From Catajapyx aquilonaris (taxonomy: Eukaryota), in contig KZ538179.1 of assembly GCA_000934665.2 (NCBI GenBank), positions 1 through 64,000 of the forward strand: a stretch of 64,000 nucleotides of DNA, written 5' to 3'. Each line of letters begins with the position of its first letter. Within the stretch, counting starts at the first letter, position 1. This document shows, one piece after another, positions 1-11,797 of the stretch. Made by a program: the position numbers and the translations under genes. The notes below the pieces were generated by a model. The model was given only the letters and a program-made list of their open reading frames with translations. It searched no databases and was not told the origin of the DNA.

Positions 1-312
1 GTAGAACAGTACAATAGTACATAGGCCCCTACCAGTTGGCGCATAGGCTCTCCATACTCCCACTACTGCCACTCTCAGCCTGGGGAAAGTAGTGCATGCA
101 CGTTGGTGATGAGTTACACCATGGACAAAGCCCACCAGGGTGCTATGACCACCACATGTCTCGTCTCCATTGATGTGGGTCATACCCCCTCTGACCGCTA
201 AATGCCATCTAATTGTTGAAGGGGGAAAGTAAAAATTCACATATGGGAACTACTACCTGGACGATGAGTGGTGACCGACCTATAAGCCGAAAGGGAGGAT
301 GAGACTTTAAAG

Positions 313-721
313 TATACAGGGTAGTCGGTAAATGGCGCACAAGCTTCAGGTAGCGAGATTCCTTGTGAAAAACCAGCATAAAGGAGTGAAGGTCCTATTG
401 CTCTATGATGCCTGGTTAAGGCTCACAAGGCCTCCAGGTTTGGGCTAAATCACGATGTCACATCTGCCCACGAAATTCAAACACTACCGTATTGCTACTG
501 TATGCGGTGCGTTGCCATACCGTCGTGGGGGATGTCAACATGGCAACGCACCGCATACAGTATCGATACGGTAGTGTTTGAATTTCGTGATTTAGCCCAA
601 ACCTGGAGGCCTTGTGAGCCTTAACCAGGCATCATAGAGCAATAGGACCTTCACTCCCTTATACTGGTTTTTCACAAGGAATCTCGGTACCTAAAGCTTG
701 ATTTACCGACCACCCTGTATA
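313..721. mobile_element. Fold-back MITE, Tc1/mariner-like (TA-CAGGGT termini)
   Basis: TATACAGGGTAGTCGGTAAAT at the left end and ATTTACCGACCACCCTGTATA at the right end. The two arms are near-perfect inverted copies over ~190 bp. No ORF. Confidence 0.8.
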
Positions 722-941
722 GATTTTCTTTCTATTGAATTGGCCACAGAAAGTGCTAGGAACATTCCAGAATGCCAATTTTGTTGGGAAGCTTAGATAA
801 TTCCAAATTTTTAAAGGCTTATCAAGTTCATTGAAACTAATAATTTACGAAAGTAAATTTGTTGTAAGTTACCAAGGGTAAGTCATCTTGTGTGTTCAAA
901 CCAGGGACAGAGGTTAGCATTATAGGGGTATTGCAATATTC

Positions 942-1246
942 TAGGTGGCCCACCCTTACTTCGACCTTACGTCATCGTTTTGTTTACCGACTCCTAGTCA
1001 ACGAAATCTGCCGAGCACGACCTTCAAACCTCCCACTTTTCACGTTTCCATGCAAATGCCCTCGCACAACAAGGGATTACAAAGTGTTCTTTTTGTTGAC
1101 ACTGTTTAAACTTATTGTTGGATGAGGGCATCTCCATGGAAACTTGAAAAGTGGGACGTTCCAGGGGTGTGCTTGGCAGATTTTCATTGACTAGGAGTCA
1201 GTAAACAAAACTATGATGTAAGGTTGAAGTAAGGGCTGGCTGCCTA
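942..1246. mobile_element. Palindromic MITE-like inverted repeat
   Basis: CCCTTACTTCGACCTTACGTCATCGTTTTGTTTACCGACTCCTAGTCAACGAAATCTGCC is mirrored by GGCAGATTTTCATTGACTAGGAGTCAGTAAACAAAACTATGATGTAAGGTTGAAGTAAGGG. Confidence 0.7.
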
Positions 1247-1349
1247 TAAATGAATATGTTGGCTTTAGTAAAGGGCACATTTGAGGATAAGGAGGGAGGG
1301 CCAGGGGATTGCTACCAAATTTTAATACTTCTCATTTGGTTGCAGCAAG

Positions 1350-3285
1350 ATGATTGAGATTACCTGTAATGACCGTCTGGGAAAGAAAGTGAGGGTCAAA
1401 TGCAACCCAGAGGACACCATTGGGGACCTGAAGAAGCTCATTGCTGCCCAGACTGGGACCCAGTGGGACAAGATTGTCCTGAAGAAGTGGTACACCATCT
1501 TCAAGGATCACATTCAACTTGGAGATTGTATCCTTTCTAAAAATCCATGAGATAATTCATTACAACCTGAAACTTCTCGTATGACATATTGGATTATTAT
1601 CAACAACTGGCATGTTCTTGCTGTGGTCTATGCTCCTTACGCCAAGAAATTTTGGCTACTTTCTGGTTTCAGATCAGCCTAAAATAGTTAGGAAAGATCA
1701 TATAGTCCGGGTGCTAAGGGGTTGAACTTTGCATTTTGTGACAAAAGTATGAAACTCGGTACACTTGTCCTTTGGACACTTCTGATCATATCTGGACGTG
1801 GAGCCACGATGACCCACCCGGTGGTGGTCCATTTCGCAGGGTTTCCATAACTACCAGATGCAGCATCCTTTTAGGACCTTGTATTGGGTGACAAAAACAT
1901 TAAACTCGCCACAATTGGTCTTTGGACACTTCTGAACATGTCTGGATGTGGGGCCATGATGACTGACCCTGCTGTGGGTCACTTGCAGGGTTGCCAGATC
2001 TAACGGACCAAATATACATCTCTGCGAGGATCATGTGAATTGGGAGCTTGCATTCGGTGATAAAAACGTGAAACGCGGTACGGTAGTTCTTCGAACACAT
2101 CTCAACATATCTGGACGTGGGGTCACGGTGGGTGACCCCTGGTGGCCTCGCCAGGGGTCACTATCGCGGAGTTGCCAAATCGAACATGCGTTGCACACCT
2201 TTACATGAATAAGGGCCTTGCATTCGGTGATAAAACATGAAACTCGCCCCAATTGGTCTTCGGACACTACTGAACATGTCTGTAAGTGAGGCCACTATGG
2301 ATGACCCCGCTGGGGGTCACTCGCAGGGTTGCCTGATCTAATGGGCTCTCTAAGTAAACGATGTGAATAGGGAGCTTGCATTCGGTGACAAAGACGTGAA
2401 ACTCGGTACAATATAGTTTTTTGCACACTTCCGAACATATCTGGACCTGGGGACATGATGACCCACCCCGGTGGAGGGCACTATCATGGTGTTGCCAAAT
2501 CTAACAGACTGTGCAACATGCGTTTATATTTTGATAGGGAGCTTGCATTTGGTGACAAAGACGTGAAACTTGGTAGAATTGTTCTTTGGACACGTCCGAA
2601 CATATCTGGACGTGGAGCCACGATGACCCACCCCGAGGGAGGGCACTATCGCAGGGTTGCCATATCTAACAGAATGTGCAACATGTGTTTATTTTTGAAT
2701 AATGAACTTGCATTCGGTGACAAAGCCATAAAACTTGGTACGTTAGTTCTTTGCACACTTCCGAACATATCTGGACGTGGAGCCACGATGACCCACCGAA
2801 TGCACGCTCATTATTTAAATATAAACACATGTTGCACATTCTGTTAGATATGGCAACCCTGCGATAGTGCCCTCCCTCGGGGTGGGTCATCGTGGCTCCA
2901 CGTCCAGATATGATCAGAAGTGTCCAAAGGACAAGTGTACCGAGTTTCATACTTTTGTCACAAAATGCAAAGTTTGGGTCAAATTTGTCCCTTAGCACCT
3001 GGACTAATAGTCTGTTTGGTACTCACTACTGCTTGGTAATGGAGGGTTTGTCAAAAGTGCTTCACACTGTGGATATCTCATCAGTTTATCAACTTCATTA
3101 CTCAGGTATATTTTCTGTACAAGATCATAGGTACATTAGCACATTGGGTTGTAGTCAGAATGTGATCCCCATGTCAGATAATCTCATACCTGCATGTTAT
3201 TTTGAAAACGTCTATCCGTGCTTTTCTTAACAGCTTCTCAGATGAAATCCATGATGGAATGAACCTCGAGCTGTACTATCAGTGA
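1350..3285 (+). CDS. UBL5: Ubiquitin-like protein 5 (Hub1), 73 aa; exons 1350-1527, 3242-3285
   Basis: The spliced translation [18 protein letters not shown]...LGD(Y)[13 protein letters not shown] matches UBL5, including the C-terminal YY motif. An acceptor at 1345 implies an upstream non-coding exon. AATAAA at 3374. Confidence 0.97.
1528..3241 (+). other. U12-type (minor spliceosome) GT-AG intron of UBL5
   Basis: 5' splice site GTATCCTTT (1528-1536). Branch point TTCTTAAC (3224-3231) lies ~10 nt before the AG at 3240-3241. Splicing restores the codon T|AT (Tyr). Confidence 0.92.
1703..3006. mobile_element. Non-autonomous TIR element containing seven ~165-bp tandem units plus one inverted unit
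   Basis: TIRs TAGTCCGGGTGCTAAGGG / CCCTTAGCACCTGGACTA, with ATA on both flanks. The unit motif GAAACT...GAACATATCTGGACGTGG recurs at ~1751, 1901, 2070, 2239, 2398, 2565 and 2730; ~2800-2975 is an inverted copy. Confidence 0.85.
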
Positions 3286-3770
3286 AATCCGGTACTTTTT
3301 GTTCATAAATTACAGACATTATGTTGGGGTTACCTGTGTTTATATTTCTCGGCTCATTATCTCATATCTGTGGAATAAAATGAAACATTTGGTGTTGATG
3401 TTACTCTTTTATTTGCTATTTCCTACACAACTTTGCATTTTAAAACTTTCTGTATACGTTAATCTCAGTTTGAACAACTCTTTTCAATGTCAGGTAAACA
3501 ACATTTCTCTTTGATACAACTCTTTGGTTCTGGATGTCAAGGAATGAACACCACAGTGATGACATCAAGTCAGCTCTCTTGAAAGACCAACTTGATCACT
3601 GGCATACTTCATAACTAAACTGTATAAATATTAAACTTAAAATATGGCACAACTGAGAGCTCATAAGTAGAGAGCTTAGGGAAAAAAGAACTACTCAAAA
3701 TGTTAAATGACCAAGGAAATATTAGATGTGCAAATTGGTCATTTCTCCAAATAGCATTGCATTGGTTCTT

Positions 3771-6700
3771 TTAATGTGGTCTTGACAGTGCTTGATTATC
3801 TGAATGGTGCCTTCGGCGAGAGCCAGATGGAGTTCCAGGAGACTGTGGTGGTGCTGGAGTTGCTTGCTGCGGGTGAGCCTCTTCCCCATTGGCCTTGGCT
3901 CTGTTGTTCGAAACATCCCCAATGTGACGTACAATCAGGTCTATGGCCACTGTAACAAGAGAGACAATCTTGGGACATACTCATAGTGTGTAGACAACTT
4001 GACAAAATTTTTCGCAAAAAATTAACCTCCATTTAGGTTGCAATGCAAAAGTCACAGAGTAAGGGCTCAGAATTTAGCTCCCATCCATGCTGGTGAAAAT
4101 CTCATGAATGCTCATTTCCACTCACTTCTGCTGGTTCACCTTCAAGTGTCAGTCAATTACACACGTTGTTTTAACATCGAATGGACTTCCAGCAGTATGC
4201 ATGATTCCGCACCAATTGTGACTTAATAGGAAGTGAGGATCTGTCAATTTCCACCAATACAGACGAGAGCTCTATTTAGAAACACATAGTGAATGTTTTT
4301 TCTCTCGGTCCCTCCCTTTCCCCTTCAATCAAAATATCTCAATTTCTCTCCATTCTCCTTTTTTATGACATGTTCAGGGTATGAATTGATCTGGAAGTAA
4401 AAATAGTACAGCATAGGGTGATATAAATATGTTCAAATTACATGCACACCTCTACATAGCATGTGTGGGTACCCATTGTCATTATTACAATCCCACAGGC
4501 TAATATATTCACCTACTGTTCTTCCTATTTAACTTACGATAGCAATTACAATAAATCACTCATCCTGTTGTTTAGCAAAAGGTGATGGAAATTTACAACA
4601 ATATTGTTGCTCTGAAAAAATTTCTTTTTCTTTATTTCAATATCCAGTCATCAAGTTATAAATTCTCAGTACAAAATCAGTGCAGACACAAAACATGCTT
4701 CTTTCAGTGTCAAGTAACCAAGTCCCAGGAATGATAACTGTTGCAATCCACACTCTTCATGCCATTCAAGTGTAGATGTTCATCAAATGTCAACATAAAC
4801 TTTGTTGGAAAACATTCTTAGGTCCTAAGCATTATTATGCATTCAAATTGTGCAAGTCAGTAACAAATGGAAGAGTAAATAAGAGTCTCATCATGAAATG
4901 CACACATATTATGACTTGTACAGTTATCCAACTCACAACTATCACAATTAAATACATTATGCTCTTCAGGTTACATTCAGTGACTACAATCACATCCATC
5001 AATGGCCCACATAAGTTGACTGACACTCAAGTTGAAGACACTTGTTTCTCTCCTGCCCATTAGTTACTGGCGCAGCTTTTAGTATACAATCTTTGAGCGT
5101 CAAATGTTATAAACTTGAGCTTGTCCTCACACCATACACTTTGCCTTGAGAAAATCCACAGACAACACCCAGTGATGTCAGGAATGCCTACACTTATTAT
5201 GCTTGCCCAGTAAGGCACATCATAAGAATAATGGAACAGGCACCAAAACCTCTCCAGAAACAACTATTCATTTAGTAACATCAAAATCAAAAAAAGGATG
5301 CCATGAGTGACTATAACTTTCAGAGAAAAAAAACAATATCTTGTATATATACTGTAGGTATCACATTCTATGGTGCCATTGCAAGCTAGTGATTTTATTG
5401 CATGGAATCATCAGTTCAAAATGGAAGCCTTTTGATTGAGAGTAGAAAAAGAAATATTCGAGTATCAAGATTCAAGATACTGCATCAAGAAGGTACAAAA
5501 TGGTTTCAAAACTGCCTAAGTACAATTTCATAGTATAGGACTACGAACTTTTAACTTTCCTTTCAATACTGTCATATAAACCAAAATCAGAATTACTACA
5601 AGTCAACGTAATACTCCAAAATACCTATCCAGCACCTGTCATAAAGCAATCTGTAATTAAGTGTTTATATGTAACATACCTATCAGTTTGCACATTATTA
5701 AAATGCTTCCCTGAGCCAATTTACGTACATTATTGGCAGCAAAAGAGATGTATGGAATGAAAGGCATGAATATTTAGAATCATATGCAAGTGAAAAAAAA
5801 GGGGGAAAAAATATTGTTACTGCTACTCAACATATACGGAGTGATTATGTTGCTACTAGGCACCAAGGCTCATTTTTTTTCAATCGATACTTTTCTGATT
5901 CCACCATGTCATCAAGGGTGCCAGTTCCTTTAGTACATTCCCAGCTTTTCACCGCAGCACTGGATCTGAGTTGCACCTATTCAGCTGCTGCTGCAAAATG
6001 CTGGGGCAGAGGACTCGGGGAAAGATATTTCCATCATCACCACTTCCATTACTCTTCACCATTTTGTCCCAGATGTGCTGAACAATCAGGTCGATGGCCA
6101 CTGGAAAAATGGTGGGTTGCTGTCCCGGGCTCAGAGAATTTTGGAGGCAGGAAGGTTGTTACCCATTTTTTATTAAACTTGCTTTAGTTTTGATAAGAAG
6201 TAGAGCTGCTGCAAGGATTACAATAATTGCACAATGCTGCAAAAACCCTGCCTCCAAATTTCTCCAGTTCCTTGTCAGCTCTAGTTGCCTACCGTTCTTC
6301 CTCGGCCTCTATGTCTGGATATTTTATCCTTGCAGTGGCTCTGCTTCCTTTGCATCACTCATATTTTCTAACAAGCACAGTTATCCCTCAACTACGAAAA
6401 ATTCAAAATAGACACTTACCAAGGTTGTCTGCCCCTCTTGGAATTATCACATCTGCAAACTTCTTGGTCTGTAATAATTTGAACAATTCAATGTGAATCA
6501 GTTCATATTTTAGGCAATAAATATACATACTGGAAGGCAGAAATCCTCAAATGCCGGTTTGACAAATGTCATGTATTGGTTCAAAACTTGATCCAAGTTC
6601 CTAGACCTTTCTTTGGTATCACGTAGTACTAATAAAAAGAAAATAGAGCTATAGTATCTTGTACTCTCATAAACTGAAAATTAGATAACAGTTGTTCAAC

Positions 6701-9700
6701 TCACCCCTGCGAGCCAAACGAATGTCAGCATCAGTGTCAACAAATAGTTTCATGTGAAACAATTCACGTATCTCGGGGAAGTAGAAGGCAAGAATCCCTT
6801 CAAAAAGAACCACATCTGCTGGATATAGTGTTACATAAGTGTCTTCTTTCCTGGAAAACATTGCATGGTCATGGTGACTCCCTGATGTTGCATATTTCTG
6901 GTTATCAGAACATACCTTGAATTTGTGATGTAATCATAAACTGGCACTTCACACTTTTTTCCAGACAGAATATCCATAAGCGTCTTGCAAATGAGGACGT
7001 TGTCAAATGCATCTAAAATGAAAGGCAGCAGGCTCAAGGTTAGGTCATGCATTATTTATCAAGGTTATCTGAAGCTCAAGTGCAGCTTTGCATATATTGT
7101 GAAGGAAATGAGCACTCTTCGCCCAGTGAACAGTGAACGCTGCTTCACTGGCAGCATATCTGTGATGGGAAAGAGTATATTATGGAATGTGATATAAGCT
7201 ACAGTTAGATTCAAAGCACCTCTGTGGAGATCAAGTTCAGTGAGAGCTCATTAAATGTTAAGAACCAATTGTACTAAAACTTGCGAAGTTGTTACAGCTT
7301 ACTTTTCATTGCTATTGTTCAGCTAGAAGCCATATATTGAAATGTAATGCCAAGAGACCTACTCCAATATGATTTCACAGAACTTATTAAAATTCTGATA
7401 TGAATTCAACATTATAGGCCTATCCCTACCCCCATTACACAAAAACACACTTACACCCATGCATGCAATAATGGAAGTATCAGACATGCCGGCTCTACCA
7501 ACTTAGCAGTTATTGCATATGTGCAATCGACATGTGTTGGTATTTCATAAAATGCAGCATGCACACAGGTATACTGACAGTATAACTCTGCTGAAGATAG
7601 ACTCGACCAGACTGCATAACAACAGGCTAACAACTGTGTCCCTGAATGTGGTAATTTAGGTGGTCTCTCGTCACTATTACTCTGACAATCAGGTAGCAAA
7701 TGAATCTGTATAAACTTTGAACACAGACAGGAAGTGGCAAAACAATCTGTTATGTTATGCCCCTTAAAATCCCCACAACCAGGCAGCAAAGGTTTTAAGT
7801 ATAGAATGGGGAACTGTTACGAATTTTTGTCACTGAAATGTATTATTGCCATAACAAGGTCACATCAAATACATAAAGTAGAACCAGTATGCAAAGTATT
7901 ATATTTCTCATATAACACCCTTATGTTGCAGTACATGTAAGTATACATCAAGCCTGACCTTGAACTCATAAATAAGACTAATGGTTTCACAAGCAAAGTA
8001 GCCTTCTAATCTGAGTCATAATCAGTAGATAAACAAAGCTACAGACATGAATGTATATGCTACACATCAAACACCCTACACAAAATACCTGGATGGTCAA
8101 AGTTGTAGTGTCCCTTGGCAGCCTTCAAGCTATCTTCTGGACTCAGCTGCCGATAGAAACTGTCCTGACTTATGCACACAACCTGTCGCTGGGCATGATC
8201 CACCTTCTCTTGTCCAAGCTTCTCAATGATCCTCTTGCACACAGTTGACTAACAAAATATAAAAGCCAGTTCAATAATGAGTCATGGCAAATGACTGCAA
8301 TACAGTAGCCAACAGCTTTTCAGACATTTAAAAAAAGAGGCCAACCTGACACTAGAATCACCATTCAGCTGACCAGTTTATATGGATGTCCTAAGTACAT
8401 TATAATTTCATGTGCTAGTTCAGTACTGTACCAGTTTTGGATTGTGCCTTACCCAGCATGTGCACCTGACTTTTAGGCATATAATTAGTCTCCAGTTTTC
8501 CATCAGTTATCCCTAGGATTAATTTAGCACACTGATAGAACTATGACATGCCACACAACAACAGGCAGTATTAAATTCACTAAGGAAATTACTTTCATAT
8601 CAATACATAGTTAAATACTGGCAATGAATTGGAAGAAACAGATTACAAAAGGTAACAAGTTGAAATGGAATATTAACCCTTAGCTACGTAGGTGGCGCCT
8701 GAGAGGCTCCAAGCACTATTTAAACCCATGTAACTTTTTCGTCGAATTTTATTTTCCCCTGTCCTTCCGTGACTTTGTCAGACAAACCTTCCTAAGCTTG
8801 AAAAGGAAAGAATTTTTTTTTTAGTCCCTATTGTTTGGTTTTAAAAAATTCGTAACGAGGAACAGGTCCCTCCTGGACTCTATACTGGCTCTACCTATGC
8901 AGATGAAGACTGAGCGGCTCAAGCATGATGTAACCTTTTATTTAAGAATTTTTCCCTGTCGGAATATGCTGGCTCAGCATGTGATTTTTACGTTTTCGGA
9001 AGCCTAATGATCTGAACTGCACTTTCTGTAGGTGAAAAGTCCAATATAACAATTTAGTTGATAAGCAGAAATTTAAATATACCGTTGGAGCCTCTCAGGC
9101 TCCACCTACGTAGTTAAAGGTGTTTCACCCACCTACGAGGGTTAAATACTGTGTAGGCCTACTGTCTGATGCAAAGTGAAGTTAAATTGAAGCAGAATGT
9201 AACTCTGGAGAGGCTAGTTAATGGGAAATGGTGCCATTTATTGCACAGAAAATGGCTTTTTTTTAAAAAAGAAAGGCTTGTTGTGAGGCTTACATCTTCC
9301 TTAGGATTAGATTAACCCCTGCGCTACCAGATAGGCCTGAACAATGTAGATTTCGGCTTACGCCTACTCCGAAGATATGGACAACAGCTATACTAAGCAG
9401 ATCTGGGAAAACACTATGAATGTGTCTGGAACTATTTTACTCATCTAGAAGTCCCTACATTTGTATCCAAAAAGGGCTATTAAAACTCTAAATTAGAGTA
9501 CGGTACTCCCAACCAACTGAAGGGCTCCATGGAAGAAGGGGGTAAGTAACATTCTGGCCTATTTTGAGTTGGCACGTTGAAGAAGGGGGTAGCTGCAGCG
9601 CTACCAATACGTAGCATTTGCAGTCTTCCATCTCCCACCATTCTCGAGTTGGGAAGTGCATGAAGGGGGCAAGTCTCGACATAAAGCCACATGTGTGCAT

Positions 9701-10966
9701 GGAAGGAGGAGGTAGATGCCCTCATATGTTGTCTGGTGCATTTTTTGTCTCTTGTCTTGGTATCATTGTTATGTGTAGGTGCTAACTGTTATGTATTCAT
9801 TTTTGGTACAATAATAAAATATTGCTTTCATGACTTCTAGACGAGTAAAATTGTTCCAGACATATTCATATGCCTGGTTGCACCAACAAAATTACCGGTC
9901 CGATAGCTCCTAATGGACAGATAGGTAGACCTTTCAACATGTGCTATTGGTCCGTTAGGAGCTATCGGACCGGTAATTTTGTTGGTGCAACCAGGCAATA
10001 GTGTTTTCCCAGATCTGGTAAGTATGGGTGTTATCAGGAGTGGTGTTATTATTGGCAAAATATCTTGTCTGTATCATCGGAGTAGGTGTAAGCCGAATCA
10101 GTGGCGGATCTATGGGGGGGGGGGGGGNNNNNNNNNNNNNNNNNNNNNNNNNNNNNNNNNNNNNNNNNNNNNNNNNNNNNNNNNNNNNNNNNNNNNNNNN
10201 NNNNNNNNNNNNNNNNNNNNNNNNNNNNNNNNNNNNNNNNNNNNNNNNNNNNNNNNNNNNNNNNNNNNNNNNNNNNNNNNNNNNNNNNNNNNNNNNNNNN
10301 NNNNNNNNNNNNNNNNNNNNNNNNNNNNNNNNCCCCCCCCCCCCCCCCCAACAACGATGTCTAGATCCGCCCCTGAGCCGAATTCTACGTGGTTCAGGCC
10401 TATCTGGTAGTGAAGGGGTTAAGCTCAATTGTGATACCCCCAAGACACTGTACCATAGCCTGCTTTCAATTCCTAGCATAAAGACATGTCAAAAAATCCC
10501 ACTGTATCTTTACACCGTACAAAACGCTCCATATGTTTCTTCACATCTGTTGGCATTCCACTGTGGCTTGTGCATTTAAGTAGTTAATGTATGACAACAT
10601 TATGACATACCAAAAGATATGTGCGCTTGTCACTTGATAGCTGGACTCCTGAATTGCATCACAAAATTCTGCAAGCAAAAAATTTGCCAGCTTGTATATG
10701 CTCCGAGAATTTAAGCACTTTACTAGTTATTGCCAGAGAATGAACATGTGGCAGATTCAGCTGCAGCCTTATTGTGTTCCACATCGGCACTGATTTGCCA
10801 TTTGGCAAATGTCAAACCCATGCAGTGGCCAACAAGTGACATTCACCTTTCCAGATGCGGTACCGCCAGAGACCCCGATGAGGAAGGGTGTCTTGGTCTC
10901 GTACCCGTTGTACACCTTAGTCCCATTGGCCATGCCGCCACCGGTGGTGCTGCCCGTCTCGCTCAT
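3771..10966 (-). CDS. UCK: Uridine-cytidine kinase; exons 10847-10966, 8089-8248, 6916-7012, 6705-6850, 6531-6628, 6420-6468, 3771-3949
   Basis: Motifs [92 protein letters not shown] and [10 protein letters not shown]...SRPH*. All junctions are GT-AG with consistent phase. An alternative in-frame ATG lies at 10993. Confidence 0.95.
5949..6100 (-). CDS. UCK: Alternative (proximal) terminal coding exon of UCK
   Basis: Acceptor TTTTTCCAG with the same phase as the distal last exon. Translates (V)[49 protein letters not shown]. Confidence 0.8.
8673..9145. mobile_element. piggyBac-like MITE (TTAA-CCC...GGG-TTAA)
   Basis: TTAA on both sides. Subterminal inverted repeat CTACGTAGGTGGCGCCTGAGAGGCTCCAA / TTGGAGCCTCTCAGGCTCCACCTACGTAG. 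Confidence 0.75.
9871..9997. mobile_element. Palindromic MITE with 3-bp ATA target duplication (possibly PIF/Harbinger-like)
   Basis: TGCCTGGTTGCACCAACAAAATTACCGGTCCGATAGCTCCTAA and its inverse. ATA at 9868-9870 and 9998-10000. Confidence 0.75.
10099..10375. mobile_element. hAT-type MITE spanning the assembly gap
   Basis: TIRs CAGTGGCGGATCTA / TAGATCCGCCCCTG. Perfect 8-bp TSD AGCCGAAT (10091-10098, 10376-10383). G and C homopolymers flank the Ns. Confidence 0.85.
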
Positions 10967-11797
10967 CTTCCTCCCGCCTCCACACGACGACATAATATTA
11001 TTATACGGTCTGTCCGCAGCTCCCCCCCAACCCAGGGGCACTCCGCTACTGACTGACGGCCGAGTGTCGACTGGACCCTGCGCAACTTGCCCTTCGATCG
11101 AGCGATGCGTATCAGTCCGTGAGCCTAGTGGTGTCCAGCAGCGTGCGCGTTCGAGCCTCTTCTGCTTCTGTGTGCATCCGGCTCATTCTACAATCCCTTG
11201 CCCGCAGTTTCAAACACTTCTGCACTCGCGGCACCTGGTGGCACCACGTGCCTCCCCTCCTCTTTCACCCATCAAAGTCACTGTCACTCGCCTGGCACTT
11301 TTGGGATGCTGCCAGCGTTTTAATCAAAAGGTACCGTGCCCTCCGTGGTATGCCAGTACATCAAACGTGCTGTTAATTACACCGCGACAATTATTGTTCG
11401 GAAATTGGCGCCATCTGGTCCGGAGTAAGGGTAAAGTATAACGTGGTTTCTGCGCATATTGCTGTCTTGTTGGTTCGTTGGCCCCGGCTTGTTTACTCAC
11501 GTCACCCGGACAGTGACATGTATGCAATGTATGCCATAAAATTAAGAGTAAATCGAGTGTCACCGCGATTCATCTCCGCTGAAACCTGACGTTGTAACAC
11601 TGGTGTGTGCCTGGTTAGTACCGAATTTCACCGCTCATGAAACCAGGGTATCCAACAGTCATACCGTATCTAAAAATAGCACCCGCGGATCTTCCCGAAC
11701 AAATCCATGTTTTATTTTTAACGCGCCGCGGGCAGCCGCTTAAAATGAGCTTCCCGTGTCAGTCCGTCCACAGTTCGTCTCGAGCCACCGCGGAGAG

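Larger units (their letters stand above)
9312..10422. mobile_element. piggyBac-like non-autonomous element with two nested insertions
   Basis: TTAACCCCTGCGCTACCAGATAGGCCTGAAC ... GTTCAGGCCTATCTGGTAGTGAAGGGGTTAA. Spans an N gap. Confidence 0.8.

Noticed and set aside
1..305. Possible ribozyme (hammerhead/HDV-like) or retroelement end, with hairpins and GATGAG...GAAA
   Set aside because: I could not build the required core or pseudoknot by eye, so it remains an unresolved probable repeat fragment.
1703..3006. CRISPR-like array or coding repeats (ORFs 2455-2847, 2666-2998)
   Set aside because: The units are homologous along their full length with no unique spacers, the context is eukaryotic, and the ORFs are by-products of the repeat.
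6325..6368. Third UCK terminal exon ([14 protein letters not shown])
   Set aside because: Phase-compatible, but it would need a ~50-nt intron and lacks the conserved AIDLIVxHI helix.
9955..10579. Long ORFs with poly-G/poly-P
   Set aside because: Artefacts of the N gap and flanking homopolymers.
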